NCBI GenBank assembly: GCA_035458505.1
Contig: DATHZS010000050.1
Location: 6,173-70,172 of the forward strand
Reading direction: 5' to 3'
DNA from: Anaerolineales bacterium
GTDB taxonomy: Bacteria > Chloroflexota > Anaerolineae > Anaerolineales > UBA11579
Length of the DNA stretch: 64,000 nt
Shown here: positions 43,633 through 52,434 of the stretch, in pieces
How positions within the stretch are numbered: position 1 is the stretch's first letter
How the letters are laid out: the number at the start of each line of letters is the position of its first letter
Position numbers and translations under genes: made by a program
Notes under the pieces: model-generated
The model's input: only the letters and a program-made list of their open reading frames with translations
Told to the model about the DNA's origin: nothing
The model's database searches: none

Positions 43633-43774
43633 CAGTTAGGTGACTGGGGCTGCGTTTCACGCTTTTGTTCTCCTGGCGTAATTCATTTGCCCGGCAGAAA
43701 CAAACGCCTCGTCGGCCTGTTCATTTTATCGTCTTGAAACCGGAACAGGCATCCCGCTTGCTTTCAGCTCCTGA

Positions 43775-44014
43775 TCAATCCTCAAAATCATCCACGGCCC
43801 CATCCGCATTGAGCTGCTGGACTTTCAGTTCTGCCTGTTCCAGCAGGGTGGTGCAGTGGCGGAAGAGGGTCTGGCCGCGTTCATAGAGAGACAGGGTTTC
43901 TTCCAGTGGTTTGTCTCCGGCTTCCAGCTGATCGATCACTGTTTTCAGTTCTTCAAATGCCTGCTCGTAGCTGAGCGCATCAAGGTCCAAATCTTTATTC
44001 ATTACTCTCTCCAT
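43775..44014 (-). CDS. xseB: Exodeoxyribonuclease VII small subunit
   Basis: 79 aa. SYEQAFEELKTVIDQLEAGDKPLEETLSLYERGQTLFRHC is present. Confidence 0.9.
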   Translation of the reverse strand: MERVMNKDLDLDALSYEQAFEELKTVIDQLEAGDKPLEETLSLYERGQTLFRHCTTLLEQAELKVQQLNADGAVDDFED

Positions 44015-45236
44015 TTTCGGTTACTTTGGCATGCACCGCACCATCACTTACCTGGATCTTCAGGTCATCGCCTGGTTGAACATCCTGAGTGCGCTTTACC
44101 AGCGAACCTGCCCGGGTCACGACGGCATAGCCGCGCTCGAGTACGTTGGTCGGGTTGAGTGCGGTCAGCTGTTGGGTGAGACCTTGCAGCTGGGTCCGGG
44201 CAAGGGCAATGCGGTGTTGAATGGCCCGTTCTGCCTGGCGATACAGCTCGTCCGTTTTTTGACGTGCGGAGGCCATGCGGGCGGAGGGTGAGGAACGCTG
44301 CAGCCGGTGATGACTTTGGGACAGGGACCATCGCTGTGATTCGATCACCTCCGCGGCAGCCCTGAACAGTTGTGCCTGGCGCTCCAGCAGCAGGTCCTGC
44401 AGTTCTTGCCGGTCGGGAACGGCCAGTTCGGCAGCAGCGGTGGGCGTGGGGGCGCGCAGGTCGGCGGTGAAATCGGCAATCGTGAAATCGGTTTCGTGGC
44501 CGACGCCGCTGATGACAGGTGCGCGTGAACCAAAGATCGCTCTGGCGACAGTTTCATCATTGAACGCCCATAAGTCCTCGATTGAACCTCCACCACGGCA
44601 TACCAGGAGGACATCCGGCTGGATGATCTCATTCAGGGATTGGATAGCCTGGACAATTTCCATCGGTGCGGCATCTCCCTGCACCGCTGCCGGGGCAACC
44701 ACCACCCGAGCCAGCGGGTAGCGCCTGCGGAGGGTATTGAGAATATCCCGGATGGCTGCCCCTGTCGGGGAGGTCACCACCCCGATCACGCGTGGTGCGG
44801 CAGGTATCGGGCGCTTGCGCTCTTCGTCAAACAATCCCTCGGCTTCCAGCTTATTCTTCAGGCGGATAAACTCCTGGAACAGCAATCCTTCTCCCGCCGG
44901 ACGGATCTGGTCAGCATACAATTGATACTGCCCTCCGGCTTCATAAACGCTGATGCTGCCATGCACTTCAACGGCCGATCCATCCTGGGGGAGATTGGTC
45001 TGGCGCAAGACCTGGTTGCGCCACATCACGCAGCGCAGTGAGGCCTGCGAATCTTTTAGGGTGAAGTACATGTGCCCGGATTTTGGGATCGACAGGTTGG
45101 AGACTTCGCCCCTGACCCAGACATCCTGCAGGGTTGGATCGGATTCGATCAGCCCGCGCAGGTGGCTGTTAAGTTCAAAAACGCTTAAACTACGGGCTGG
45201 CTGTGGGAAAAAAGACATCTGTTCTTCCATGTGCAT
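43995..45236 (-). CDS. xseA: Exodeoxyribonuclease VII large subunit
   Basis: There is an OB-fold N-terminus (VWVRGEVSN...SGHMYFTLKD), and GVVTSPTGAAIRD and RGGGSIEDLW are present. It overlaps xseB by 20 nt. An alternative start is at 45218. Confidence 0.9.
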   Translation of the reverse strand: MHMEEQMSFFPQPARSLSVFELNSHLRGLIESDPTLQDVWVRGEVSNLSIPKSGHMYFTLKDSQASLRCVMWRNQVLRQTNLPQDGSAVEVHGSISVYEAGGQYQLYADQIRPAGEGLLFQEFIRLKNKLEAEGLFDEERKRPIPAAPRVIGVVTSPTGAAIRDILNTLRRRYPLARVVVAPAAVQGDAAPMEIVQAIQSLNEIIQPDVLLVCRGGGSIEDLWAFNDETVARAIFGSRAPVISGVGHETDFTIADFTADLRAPTPTAAAELAVPDRQELQDLLLERQAQLFRAAAEVIESQRWSLSQSHHRLQRSSPSARMASARQKTDELYRQAERAIQHRIALARTQLQGLTQQLTALNPTNVLERGYAVVTRAGSLVKRTQDVQPGDDLKIQVSDGAVHAKVTENGESNE

Positions 45237-45342
45237 GAGGATAAACCGGAAGGTGTGGAACTGTCAAGCAGAAGGATTGGAGGTGGACCGTGCTATTCTT
45301 TCAGAATTCGGTTCGGCGCTTGCGTGGTTTCAGATGAGTTTT

Positions 45343-45370
45343 TTGAAAATGTCCAACACTCTGCTAAAAT
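45343..45370 (+). promoter_or_regulatory. Promoter upstream of the HIT gene
   Basis: TTGAAA (45343-48), 16-nt spacer, TGcTAAAAT (45362-70). Confidence 0.45.
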
Positions 45371-45386
45371 ATAGGAGCAGAAAAAA

Positions 45387-45896
45387 TTGGGATACAGTAT
45401 TCACCATCATGGCGATGCACGTATGAAACATCTTTGGTCACCCTGGCGTATGCGTTATATTACTGAATTCAAAAAGAATGGCTGTGTTTTTTGTGGTGCC
45501 CTGGAATTGGAAGACGGGCCAGAGAACCTGATTGTATCTCGGGGGCAGAAAACATTTGTTATCCTGAATGCGTTTCCCTATACCAGCGGCCATCTGATGG
45601 TCCTGCCGTACCAGCACGTTCCTGATTTGTCTGACCTGGATGCAGAAACGCGTGCCGAGATGATGGAAATGGTGACCAAATCCAGCCAGGTGCTGAGAAC
45701 CCTCTATACTCCTGAAGGATTTAATATTGGGATCAATATGGGCGAGGCGGCTGGGGCTGGGATTGAAGAGCACATTCACATCCACATTGTGCCGCGCTGG
45801 ATGGGAGATACCAATTTTATGACCGCTGTCGGGCAAACCAGGGTACTGCCTGAAGCCCTAGATGAAACCTACCGCCGGGTAAAGGATGCATGGTAA
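45387..45896 (+). CDS. HIT family nucleotide hydrolase/transferase
   Basis: The histidine triad is EHIHIHIVPRW. CVFC and NAFPYTSGHLMVLP are present. The start is either TTG 45387 (AGGAG 9 nt upstream) or ATG 45423. Confidence 0.85.
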   Translation: MGYSIHHHGDARMKHLWSPWRMRYITEFKKNGCVFCGALELEDGPENLIVSRGQKTFVILNAFPYTSGHLMVLPYQHVPDLSDLDAETRAEMMEMVTKSSQVLRTLYTPEGFNIGINMGEAAGAGIEEHIHIHIVPRWMGDTNFMTAVGQTRVLPEALDETYRRVKDAW

Positions 45897-45948
45897 GCAT
45901 ATCCCGGCGATTTGTTTTTAAAATAAACTATTGAAATTGGAGAGATGT

Positions 45949-47157
45949 ATGAGCAGTAAACAATTCGAACCTGTAATTCTCAGTGCCGTGCGCACCCCGA
46001 TTGGTCGTTTTTTGGGCGGATTAAGCTCCGTACCGGCTACCCAACTGGGGGCTGTCGTGGTGAAGGAGGCTGTCTCGCGGGCGGGGGTAGAAACCCCGGC
46101 AGAGATCGCTGAGGTGTTGATGGGTTGTGTTGTCCCGGCTGGGTTAGGACAGAATCCTGCCCGCCAGGCTGCGATCCATGCCGGTCTGCCTAGCAGTGTT
46201 GGAGCCAGCACACTCAACAAGGTCTGTGGCTCTGGACTGAAAACTGTCATGCTGGCATCCCAGGCGATCAAAGCCGGAGATGGGGAACTGTTTGTGGCTG
46301 GCGGTATGGAGAGCATGAGCCGGGCGCCGTTCCTGGTGCATGGCCGCTTAGGCCAGATGCGATATGGCCATGCACAGCTGGTGGATGCCTTGCAGTATGA
46401 TGGGCTCTGGGACCCATTTGAGGAGTGGATTATGGGCGAGGCGTCGGATTTTATTGCGGAGGAATACCAGGTGACCCGCGAGGCGATGGACCAGTTCGCT
46501 TATGAGAGCCATCAAAAAGCAATTGCGGCGATTGACAGTGGCAAATTCAGTCAGGAGATTGTTCCGGTCGAAGTTCCGGGGAGGAAAGGCCAGGTAACCG
46601 TGGTGGATACCGATGAATCGCCCCGGCGGGATACAACCCCTGAAGCGCTCGCTAACCTGAAACCGGTGTTTAGAGAAGATGGCAGATCCACTGCTGGCAA
46701 TGCCCCGGGTTTGAGTGATGGCGCTTCAGCAGTAGTGGTCGCCAGCAGGGAGAAAGCTGAAGCCATGGGGAAGAAGCCTCTTGCACGCGTGGTGGGATAC
46801 GCTCAGCAGGCGGTAGACCCAAAATTTATTTTCATTGCCCCGGCGAGAGCCATCCCTGTCCTGCTGGATAAAGTTGGCTGGACGATGGAGGATGTTGACC
46901 TGGTGGAATTGAACGAGGCGTTCGCCGCCCAGGTGCTGGCAGATGGATATGACATGAAGAAAATCGGCTGGGACTGGGACAAAGTGAATGTCAACGGCGG
47001 TGGGATTGCCCTCGGCCACCCGATCGGGGCCAGCGGGGCGCGTGTGCTCACCACGCTGATCTATGCCCTGCAGGACCGCGGATTGAAGCGCGGGATTGCT
47101 TCCTTGTGCCTGGGTGGTGGTGAAGCGGTTGCTCTGGCCGTGGAGATTGAAGACTAA
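45949..47157 (+). CDS. Acetyl-CoA C-acetyltransferase (thiolase II)
   Basis: LNKVCGSGLK (active Cys) is present, and the C-terminus has NVNGGGIALGHPIGASGAR and CLGGGEAVA. Confidence 0.9.
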   Translation: MSSKQFEPVILSAVRTPIGRFLGGLSSVPATQLGAVVVKEAVSRAGVETPAEIAEVLMGCVVPAGLGQNPARQAAIHAGLPSSVGASTLNKVCGSGLKTVMLASQAIKAGDGELFVAGGMESMSRAPFLVHGRLGQMRYGHAQLVDALQYDGLWDPFEEWIMGEASDFIAEEYQVTREAMDQFAYESHQKAIAAIDSGKFSQEIVPVEVPGRKGQVTVVDTDESPRRDTTPEALANLKPVFREDGRSTAGNAPGLSDGASAVVVASREKAEAMGKKPLARVVGYAQQAVDPKFIFIAPARAIPVLLDKVGWTMEDVDLVELNEAFAAQVLADGYDMKKIGWDWDKVNVNGGGIALGHPIGASGARVLTTLIYALQDRGLKRGIASLCLGGGEAVALAVEIED

Positions 47158-47193
47158 CCTCGGAAGAACACTCGATGAAGAGCAGGAGATTGA

Positions 47194-48039
47194 ATGGAGA
47201 TCAAAAAGATTTTTGTGGTGGGTGCAGGAACCATGGGGAATGGGATTTCCCAAACAGCTGCAGTGGCTGGTTACCAGGTGACCATGATGGATGTCGATCC
47301 GGCAGCCTTGGAACGGGGGATGCAAACGATTGAAAAGTCGGTCAACAAGCTGTTCGAGAAAGAACGGATCGATGCTAACCAGCGCAATGCTGCGCTCGGA
47401 ATCCTGACTACAACTGTGATGGAGGGGATTGCCGAGGCTGATTTTGTGATTGAGGCTGCCACCGAGAATCCGGAGCTGAAATTCAAGATCTTCGAGGAAA
47501 TGGATCGCCTCGCCCGCCCTGGGGTCATCCTTTCTTCAAACACCTCCTCGATCAGTTTGACCAAACTGGCAGCCAGGACCAGCCGGCCGGACAGCGTGGT
47601 TGGGATGCACTTTTTCAATCCGGTGCCGATGATGGCCCTGGTAGAGGTGGTGCGCGGTCTGCAAACCTCCGATGAGGTGACCCAGACGGTTGTATCCCTG
47701 GCAGAGGCTCTCGGCAAAACTCCGGTTGTGGTCAACGATTCGCCGGGATTTGTCTCGAACCGCATCCTGTGTCCGATGATCAATGAAGCGGTGTATGTGC
47801 TCCAGGATGGGATTGCCGAACCTGAGGCCATCGATACCGTGATGAGGTTAGGTATGGCGCATCCGATGGGGCCGCTGGCTCTGGCAGATTTGATTGGTTT
47901 GGATGTGGTCTATTTTGTGATGCAGGTGCTCCACCGGGATCTGGGTGATGATAAATACCGTCCGGCTCCGCTGCTTGCCCGGATGGTGGATGCCGGATAC
48001 CTGGGCCGGAAAACCGGCCGGGGTTTTTATCAGTACTAG
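47194..48039 (+). CDS. hbd: 3-hydroxybutyryl-CoA dehydrogenase
   Basis: [21 protein letters not shown] and GFVSNR are present. Confidence 0.9.
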   Translation: MEIKKIFVVGAGTMGNGISQTAAVAGYQVTMMDVDPAALERGMQTIEKSVNKLFEKERIDANQRNAALGILTTTVMEGIAEADFVIEAATENPELKFKIFEEMDRLARPGVILSSNTSSISLTKLAARTSRPDSVVGMHFFNPVPMMALVEVVRGLQTSDEVTQTVVSLAEALGKTPVVVNDSPGFVSNRILCPMINEAVYVLQDGIAEPEAIDTVMRLGMAHPMGPLALADLIGLDVVYFVMQVLHRDLGDDKYRPAPLLARMVDAGYLGRKTGRGFYQY

Positions 48040-48058
48040 CCCTGGTGCAGTGCATTGT

Positions 48059-48098
48059 AAACAGGCAGTTGAGTCATGACTCAACCGCCTGTTTTTTT
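48059..48098 (+). terminator. Rho-independent terminator after hbd
   Basis: Long stem AAACAGGC-a-GTTGAGTCA/TGACTCAAC-c-GCCTGTTT, followed by T7. Confidence 0.75.
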
Positions 48099-48168
48099 GG
48101 CGGTGGTTTGGTTATTTGAGCTTTATAGGTTTTTTGATCTTTGCCAGTATTCGTACTACAATATAAGA

Positions 48169-48687
48169 ATGGACTATGTTCAGAATTTTATTTCAATCGA
48201 AGATCAAACCCGCGCCGCCATGCAGCAGTGGGCCAGCGGGATTGGGGTGGCAACGGCAGAGTATGACGGTGTTCGCCATGGGATGACGGTGAGCTCTTTT
48301 ACTTCCGTATCCATGGACCCGCCTCTGGTGCTGGTTTCCATGCAAAAAGATACCCGCACTCACGACCTGGTGCTCAGTTCCGGGGCGTTTGGAGTGACCT
48401 TACTGGCTGGGGATCAGCAGGAGATTTCGGACCGTTTCGCAGGCCGGACTGTTAAGGATGACCAGCGTTTTGAAGGATTGGAAATATTTAACCTGGAGAC
48501 TGGCAGCCCGTTGTTGGCTGGAGGATTGGCCGTTTTTGATTGCCGGTTGAAAGCAAGTTTTGATGCCAACACCACCACGGTCATGTTTGGAGAAGTGGTC
48601 ACTGCTCTGGTAAGCAACCGTCCCGAGGAGGTTTTGGAACCATTGCTGTATCACAATCAGGGGTATCGCTGGCTGAAGGAAGTATAA
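48169..48687 (+). CDS. Flavin reductase-like FMN-binding protein
   Basis: AAMQQWASGIGVATAEYDGVRHGMTVSSFTSVSMDPPLVLVSM is present. I chose ATG 48169 because the listed start 48076 lies inside the hbd terminator stem. Confidence 0.8.
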   Translation: MDYVQNFISIEDQTRAAMQQWASGIGVATAEYDGVRHGMTVSSFTSVSMDPPLVLVSMQKDTRTHDLVLSSGAFGVTLLAGDQQEISDRFAGRTVKDDQRFEGLEIFNLETGSPLLAGGLAVFDCRLKASFDANTTTVMFGEVVTALVSNRPEEVLEPLLYHNQGYRWLKEV

Positions 48688-48727
48688 CAGGCGTTCATTC
48701 ACGATTGCATTGAGTTGCGGAAGCTGT

Positions 48728-50788
48728 TCAGTAGGCGGGGTGGTAGAAGTGATAGGGCAGGTTTTGATTTTTTGACCTGTACATGGCAGTATCAGCTTGT
48801 TGAATAACTTTTTCCGGTATCAGGGAATCCTGTGGATAGAGGCTGATCCCGATACTTACCCCAATCCTTAAGGATGTCCCCGATACATCAAATGGTGTTT
48901 CCATCCTCTGATTAATTTTGTGGATGATCTTCTCCACATCGGCAACCGATTCCACCCCCTCCAGGAGGAGGGTGAATTCATCCCCGCTCATCCGGGCCAG
49001 GGTATCGTGCTGGCGCACACTGTTTTTCAGTCTGTTGGCGATCTGGATCAAAACCTCATCACCTGCTGCGTGCCCAAATTCATCATTCACATCTTTGAAG
49101 TTATCAAGATCAATGAAAGCAACCGCAACACAATAGTTCCCTACATCGGCATGTTCACATGCGGTCATGAACCTGCTGAAGAACAGCTCCCGGTTGGGCA
49201 GCTTGGTCAACGGGTCGTGAGTGGCGAGGTGGCGCAGGGTGTCTTCATTCTTTTTCCGCTCGCTGATATCTCTAACGATGCAAATGATATTGGTAGGTGC
49301 TTGTTGGTTATCGAATATCACGCCAAAATTGATCTCTACCGGAATGGAGTGCTGATCTTTATGCTTGAATTGCCATTCTGATATCGGCAGGTGGTGCTCA
49401 TGTTTCAGACGATCCAGGGTTTGCCTGAATGTCAGGATCTCCTTTTCGTCAAGGAGGTCCTGGATATGTTTGCCTATTATTTCCTGTGGGCTCAACCCAA
49501 ACAACTCAGTCGCCCGCTGATTTGATTCCAGGATCATTCCCTCCAATGCAATCATCAGGACAGCGTCATTGGCCTGGTTGAACAGGGTTCTGAAGCTGTA
49601 TTCGCTTTGCCAGAGCTCATTTTCCATTTCTACCTGTTGGGTAATTTCCCGAACGTTCACCACAATCCCGCTGACCGAGTCAATGTGCAGCATGTTGATC
49701 AGTGTACTGTCAAAATAAAGCCAGCGGCCATCCCTGTGCAGCCCCAAAATCGGTCCTGATTTAAGCACGGTGCCGGGAGGGCTGATGAGGATTTCCTCGA
49801 ACAATTTGATCACTTGGTGTTGATGGTCCGGGTGAACGAACTCTTCAAAGCGATGGTTGAGTACCATCCGGGGTTCAAACTTGGTGATATTGATACTGGA
49901 AGGGCTGATGTATTCAATCACGCTTTCCTCATTGAGGATCATGGTAATATCGGATGAATGCTCTGTGATCGAACGGAAGCGTTCTTCGCTGGTTTTCAGG
50001 GCTTGCTGGGCTTCTACCCGGGAGGTAATATCCATGAGAACTCCCTGGCCTCCACTGACCTGGCCCTGGTCGAACAACAATTCCACCACATTTGCCACCC
50101 ATAGTTTGCGTTGATCTTTGGTGATGATCGGGAATTCAGCGTAGGTTTTTTGAGTTTTGTTCTTTATCTGCCGGGCATAGAATAAATTAGTTTTGATCCG
50201 CCAATCGGGATGGATCAGCTCTGCGAAATGTTTCCCGATCAGTTCTTTTGGGGTAAATCCGCTCAGGCTTTCTGCTGAAGGTGTAATGTATTCTACCCGG
50301 CCAAACTCATCAAACAGGACAATGATATTACTGCTGTGGTTGAGCAACTGGCGGTAGCGTTTTTCGCTTTGTCTTAATGCTGCGGAAACCTGGTGCCGGT
50401 TCTGTAAGGCTTGCTGGTACCTCAGGCGGGTCTCCTGCAAGTACCCGACCAGATAAGGGCCCAGGATAAAGATCAGGTACAGGCAGACAAAAATGTAATA
50501 GAAATACCATTCCCCCACTTCAGCCATCAGCGGCAGCTGCATCCACCTGAAAATAAAATAGTTGATCGGGCCAAAGAGAATTCCCACGGCCAGCCCCCAC
50601 CGGCGTCCGAGCAAAAAGCCGGCTATTAAAGTGGGAAAGAAATAAAATGTGAGCGCTGCCCGGTCAAGTTGGTTGAACAGAAAAGGGAAACAGAGGATAT
50701 AAATTGACAGGGATACCGGCACCACCCAGATCCTTTTAAGGGCGTCAATCGAGCGGATTTTTTCTTGAAACGTAACGAGCTCTTTCAT
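48728..50788 (-). CDS. Membrane-anchored multi-PAS diguanylate cyclase (SGDEF variant with RxxD I-site)
   Basis: 686 aa. The N-terminus has ~4-5 TM helices. At least three PAS/PAC units follow, then HLATHDPLTKLPNR...FIDLDNFKDVNDEFGH..GD...RQHDTLARMSGDEF. Confidence 0.85.
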   Translation of the reverse strand: MKELVTFQEKIRSIDALKRIWVVPVSLSIYILCFPFLFNQLDRAALTFYFFPTLIAGFLLGRRWGLAVGILFGPINYFIFRWMQLPLMAEVGEWYFYYIFVCLYLIFILGPYLVGYLQETRLRYQQALQNRHQVSAALRQSEKRYRQLLNHSSNIIVLFDEFGRVEYITPSAESLSGFTPKELIGKHFAELIHPDWRIKTNLFYARQIKNKTQKTYAEFPIITKDQRKLWVANVVELLFDQGQVSGGQGVLMDITSRVEAQQALKTSEERFRSITEHSSDITMILNEESVIEYISPSSINITKFEPRMVLNHRFEEFVHPDHQHQVIKLFEEILISPPGTVLKSGPILGLHRDGRWLYFDSTLINMLHIDSVSGIVVNVREITQQVEMENELWQSEYSFRTLFNQANDAVLMIALEGMILESNQRATELFGLSPQEIIGKHIQDLLDEKEILTFRQTLDRLKHEHHLPISEWQFKHKDQHSIPVEINFGVIFDNQQAPTNIICIVRDISERKKNEDTLRHLATHDPLTKLPNRELFFSRFMTACEHADVGNYCVAVAFIDLDNFKDVNDEFGHAAGDEVLIQIANRLKNSVRQHDTLARMSGDEFTLLLEGVESVADVEKIIHKINQRMETPFDVSGTSLRIGVSIGISLYPQDSLIPEKVIQQADTAMYRSKNQNLPYHFYHPAY

Positions 50789-50872
50789 TGTTTTCTACCG
50801 GTAATTGGTTGTCGGGGTATTTTCACTATATCCAAAAAAGCATCGCGAAAGGATATAAATTTCATACCATTT

Positions 50873-50914
50873 GGAAAAATAAAAACAACTTGAGTGAGTC
50901 CACTCAAGTTGTTT
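50873..50914 (-). terminator. Strong rho-independent terminator closing the 56777-50934 minus-strand unit
   Basis: 14-bp stem AAACAACTTGAGTG / CACTCAAGTTGTTT, 4-nt loop. On the minus strand it is followed by TTTTTATTTTT. Confidence 0.7.
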
Positions 50915-50933
50915 CGGGTTTGGTTCGCTGGCC

Positions 50934-52160
50934 TTATGGGCCCCACTGAAGTTGATATCCATTAATGCCTAGAGGTATGACAGGCTCCTCAGAGGGAGGG
51001 ATAACCACAATTGGACCGGTGCGCGGCCATCCGGCAGGCTCGCCGGTAACCGGTTGGACGGCAGCTGCAAGGCTGCCATCTTCAGCCCAGAGCACTTCAT
51101 AATTAAGCCAATGGTCTGGCCTTAGGATTGTACGGCTGCTCACTCCATCGCTGGCGCTGTTCACCAGCAGCAGTGGGACTTCACCGCTGGGAAATGAGGG
51201 GGTATTTGTGTAAAAATACCGGATGTCTCCATTTTCCAGCACGACTGGCCACCCTGCAAAGTTCAGCGTATCATCCTGCGAGGTGGTTGGGATTAACTCG
51301 GTTTCGATACCAGTCGTCGTGTCGATCCGCCACAAACCAGAGTCCACCATCCCCAGATATGGACTGGCGATGACGATGGAGCGGCTGTCGGGCGACCAGG
51401 TGGGTTGGCAGCAGACGATCCCTTCTCCCAATTTCAACACCTCAGGATTCCCGGGGGTGTAGAGTCCAAGCGTTCCGGCTTCGTAATAGCCGATATTGAG
51501 TAAAAGTTGGCTGCCATCTGGAGACCATTGATACGGGGAATAAATCGCTTCTGGAAAGAGCATTCCCTCCCCGCGATCCTCCAGATCATTGGGCAGAATA
51601 TGCTCATCTTGCCGGGTGTCAAAATGGTAGAGATGAAGCCCGTTTCTGCCGTAGGCCAGGGTGCTGCCATCCGGCGACCAGCTCAGGCCGCTGATCTTTT
51701 GTGTGAAGAAATATTCATCTGTTTCAGTATTCGCCTCGCTTCCATCCACCAGGATCTCGTGTTGCTCTCCAGTAGAATTGAGCACATGAAGCTGGTTGTT
51801 TGTGATATAGGCGATGCGGCCATCAGCCTGCGATACCGCAAACTCATCAACCGAACCTGTTTCTGCGGTTACTCTTGAGGTGGTAGTTCCATCCCGGCTG
51901 AGTACCCAGACCTGAAAATTCTCACCATCTGCGCTGCTTAGGTAATACAGCGCATGCGGTAAAAGGGTGTCTGGATCCTGGGTGTTTTGTACCAATATCG
52001 GGGTGTCTTGTGGTGTGCCGGCCCCGAGCGCGGTTTGCGTGCCTGCGACATTTGTTGCAACTAATGCATCAGATGCGCTCCCTGTACCGGAGTTGTTCGC
52101 GGGCAGGGTGCATCCGATCAGCACCATACAAGTGAACAAAATAAAAATGATCTGTTTCAT
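50934..52160 (-). CDS. TolB/PD40-like beta-propeller lipoprotein
   Basis: The signal peptide plus lipobox is FTCMVLIGCT. Repeated WSPDGS-type motifs (LSWSPDGSTLAY, YQWSPDGSQLLL, PTWSPDSRSIVI) are present. Confidence 0.7.
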   Translation of the reverse strand: MKQIIFILFTCMVLIGCTLPANNSGTGSASDALVATNVAGTQTALGAGTPQDTPILVQNTQDPDTLLPHALYYLSSADGENFQVWVLSRDGTTTSRVTAETGSVDEFAVSQADGRIAYITNNQLHVLNSTGEQHEILVDGSEANTETDEYFFTQKISGLSWSPDGSTLAYGRNGLHLYHFDTRQDEHILPNDLEDRGEGMLFPEAIYSPYQWSPDGSQLLLNIGYYEAGTLGLYTPGNPEVLKLGEGIVCCQPTWSPDSRSIVIASPYLGMVDSGLWRIDTTTGIETELIPTTSQDDTLNFAGWPVVLENGDIRYFYTNTPSFPSGEVPLLLVNSASDGVSSRTILRPDHWLNYEVLWAEDGSLAAAVQPVTGEPAGWPRTGPIVVIPPSEEPVIPLGINGYQLQWGP

Positions 52161-52165
52161 CGGAC

Positions 52166-52432
52166 TTACACCTGGTGAAATTGATCCACATTGATCACAA
52201 AGAGGGTGGCGCGTTTCATGCCTGCTTCTTCCGGTTCTTTAACCGTATCTCGAATGATTTGGATCGCATGTTCAACCTTTTCATTGTCCACGCCTGCGAT
52301 CATGGTTGAATTTCCCCGGCGAAAATATGCACCAGTGGATGGCAGCAAGGTGACGGGATAGCCTGCCCGGTTGAGTGCAGTAGCTACTTCATCTTTATCC
52401 GAGTCTTGTAAGATGCAAATAATCATTTTCAT
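52166..52432 (-). CDS. DarA/PstA-like PII-fold protein (cyclic-di-AMP receptor family, DUF970), short 88-aa form
   Basis: The protein reads MKMIICILQDSDKDEVATALNRAGYPVTLLPSTGAYFRRGNSTMIAGVDNEKVEHAIQIIRD...RATLFVINVDQFHQV. It parallels B. subtilis DarA/YaaQ as I recall it (MKLIVAVVQDQDSNRLL...TTGGFLKSGNTTFMIGVED...ATVFVLPVDEFHQF). Confidence 0.75.
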   Translation of the reverse strand: MKMIICILQDSDKDEVATALNRAGYPVTLLPSTGAYFRRGNSTMIAGVDNEKVEHAIQIIRDTVKEPEEAGMKRATLFVINVDQFHQV

Positions 52433-52434
52433 GG

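Noticed and set aside
43633-43774. Possible small ORFs or an RNA in the 140-nt tail after xseB (e.g. 43665-43886 +, and a 13-codon minus ORF)
   Set aside because: The + ORF runs antisense into xseB. The minus ORF is too short and lacks an SD. The region is most simply the 3' UTR leading to the shared terminator at 43598-43632.
48076-48168. Listed start of the flavin reductase ORF at 48076
   Set aside because: The ATG lies within the stem of the hbd terminator (48059-48098). The first 31 codons are not part of the flavin-reductase fold, so I moved the start to ATG 48169.
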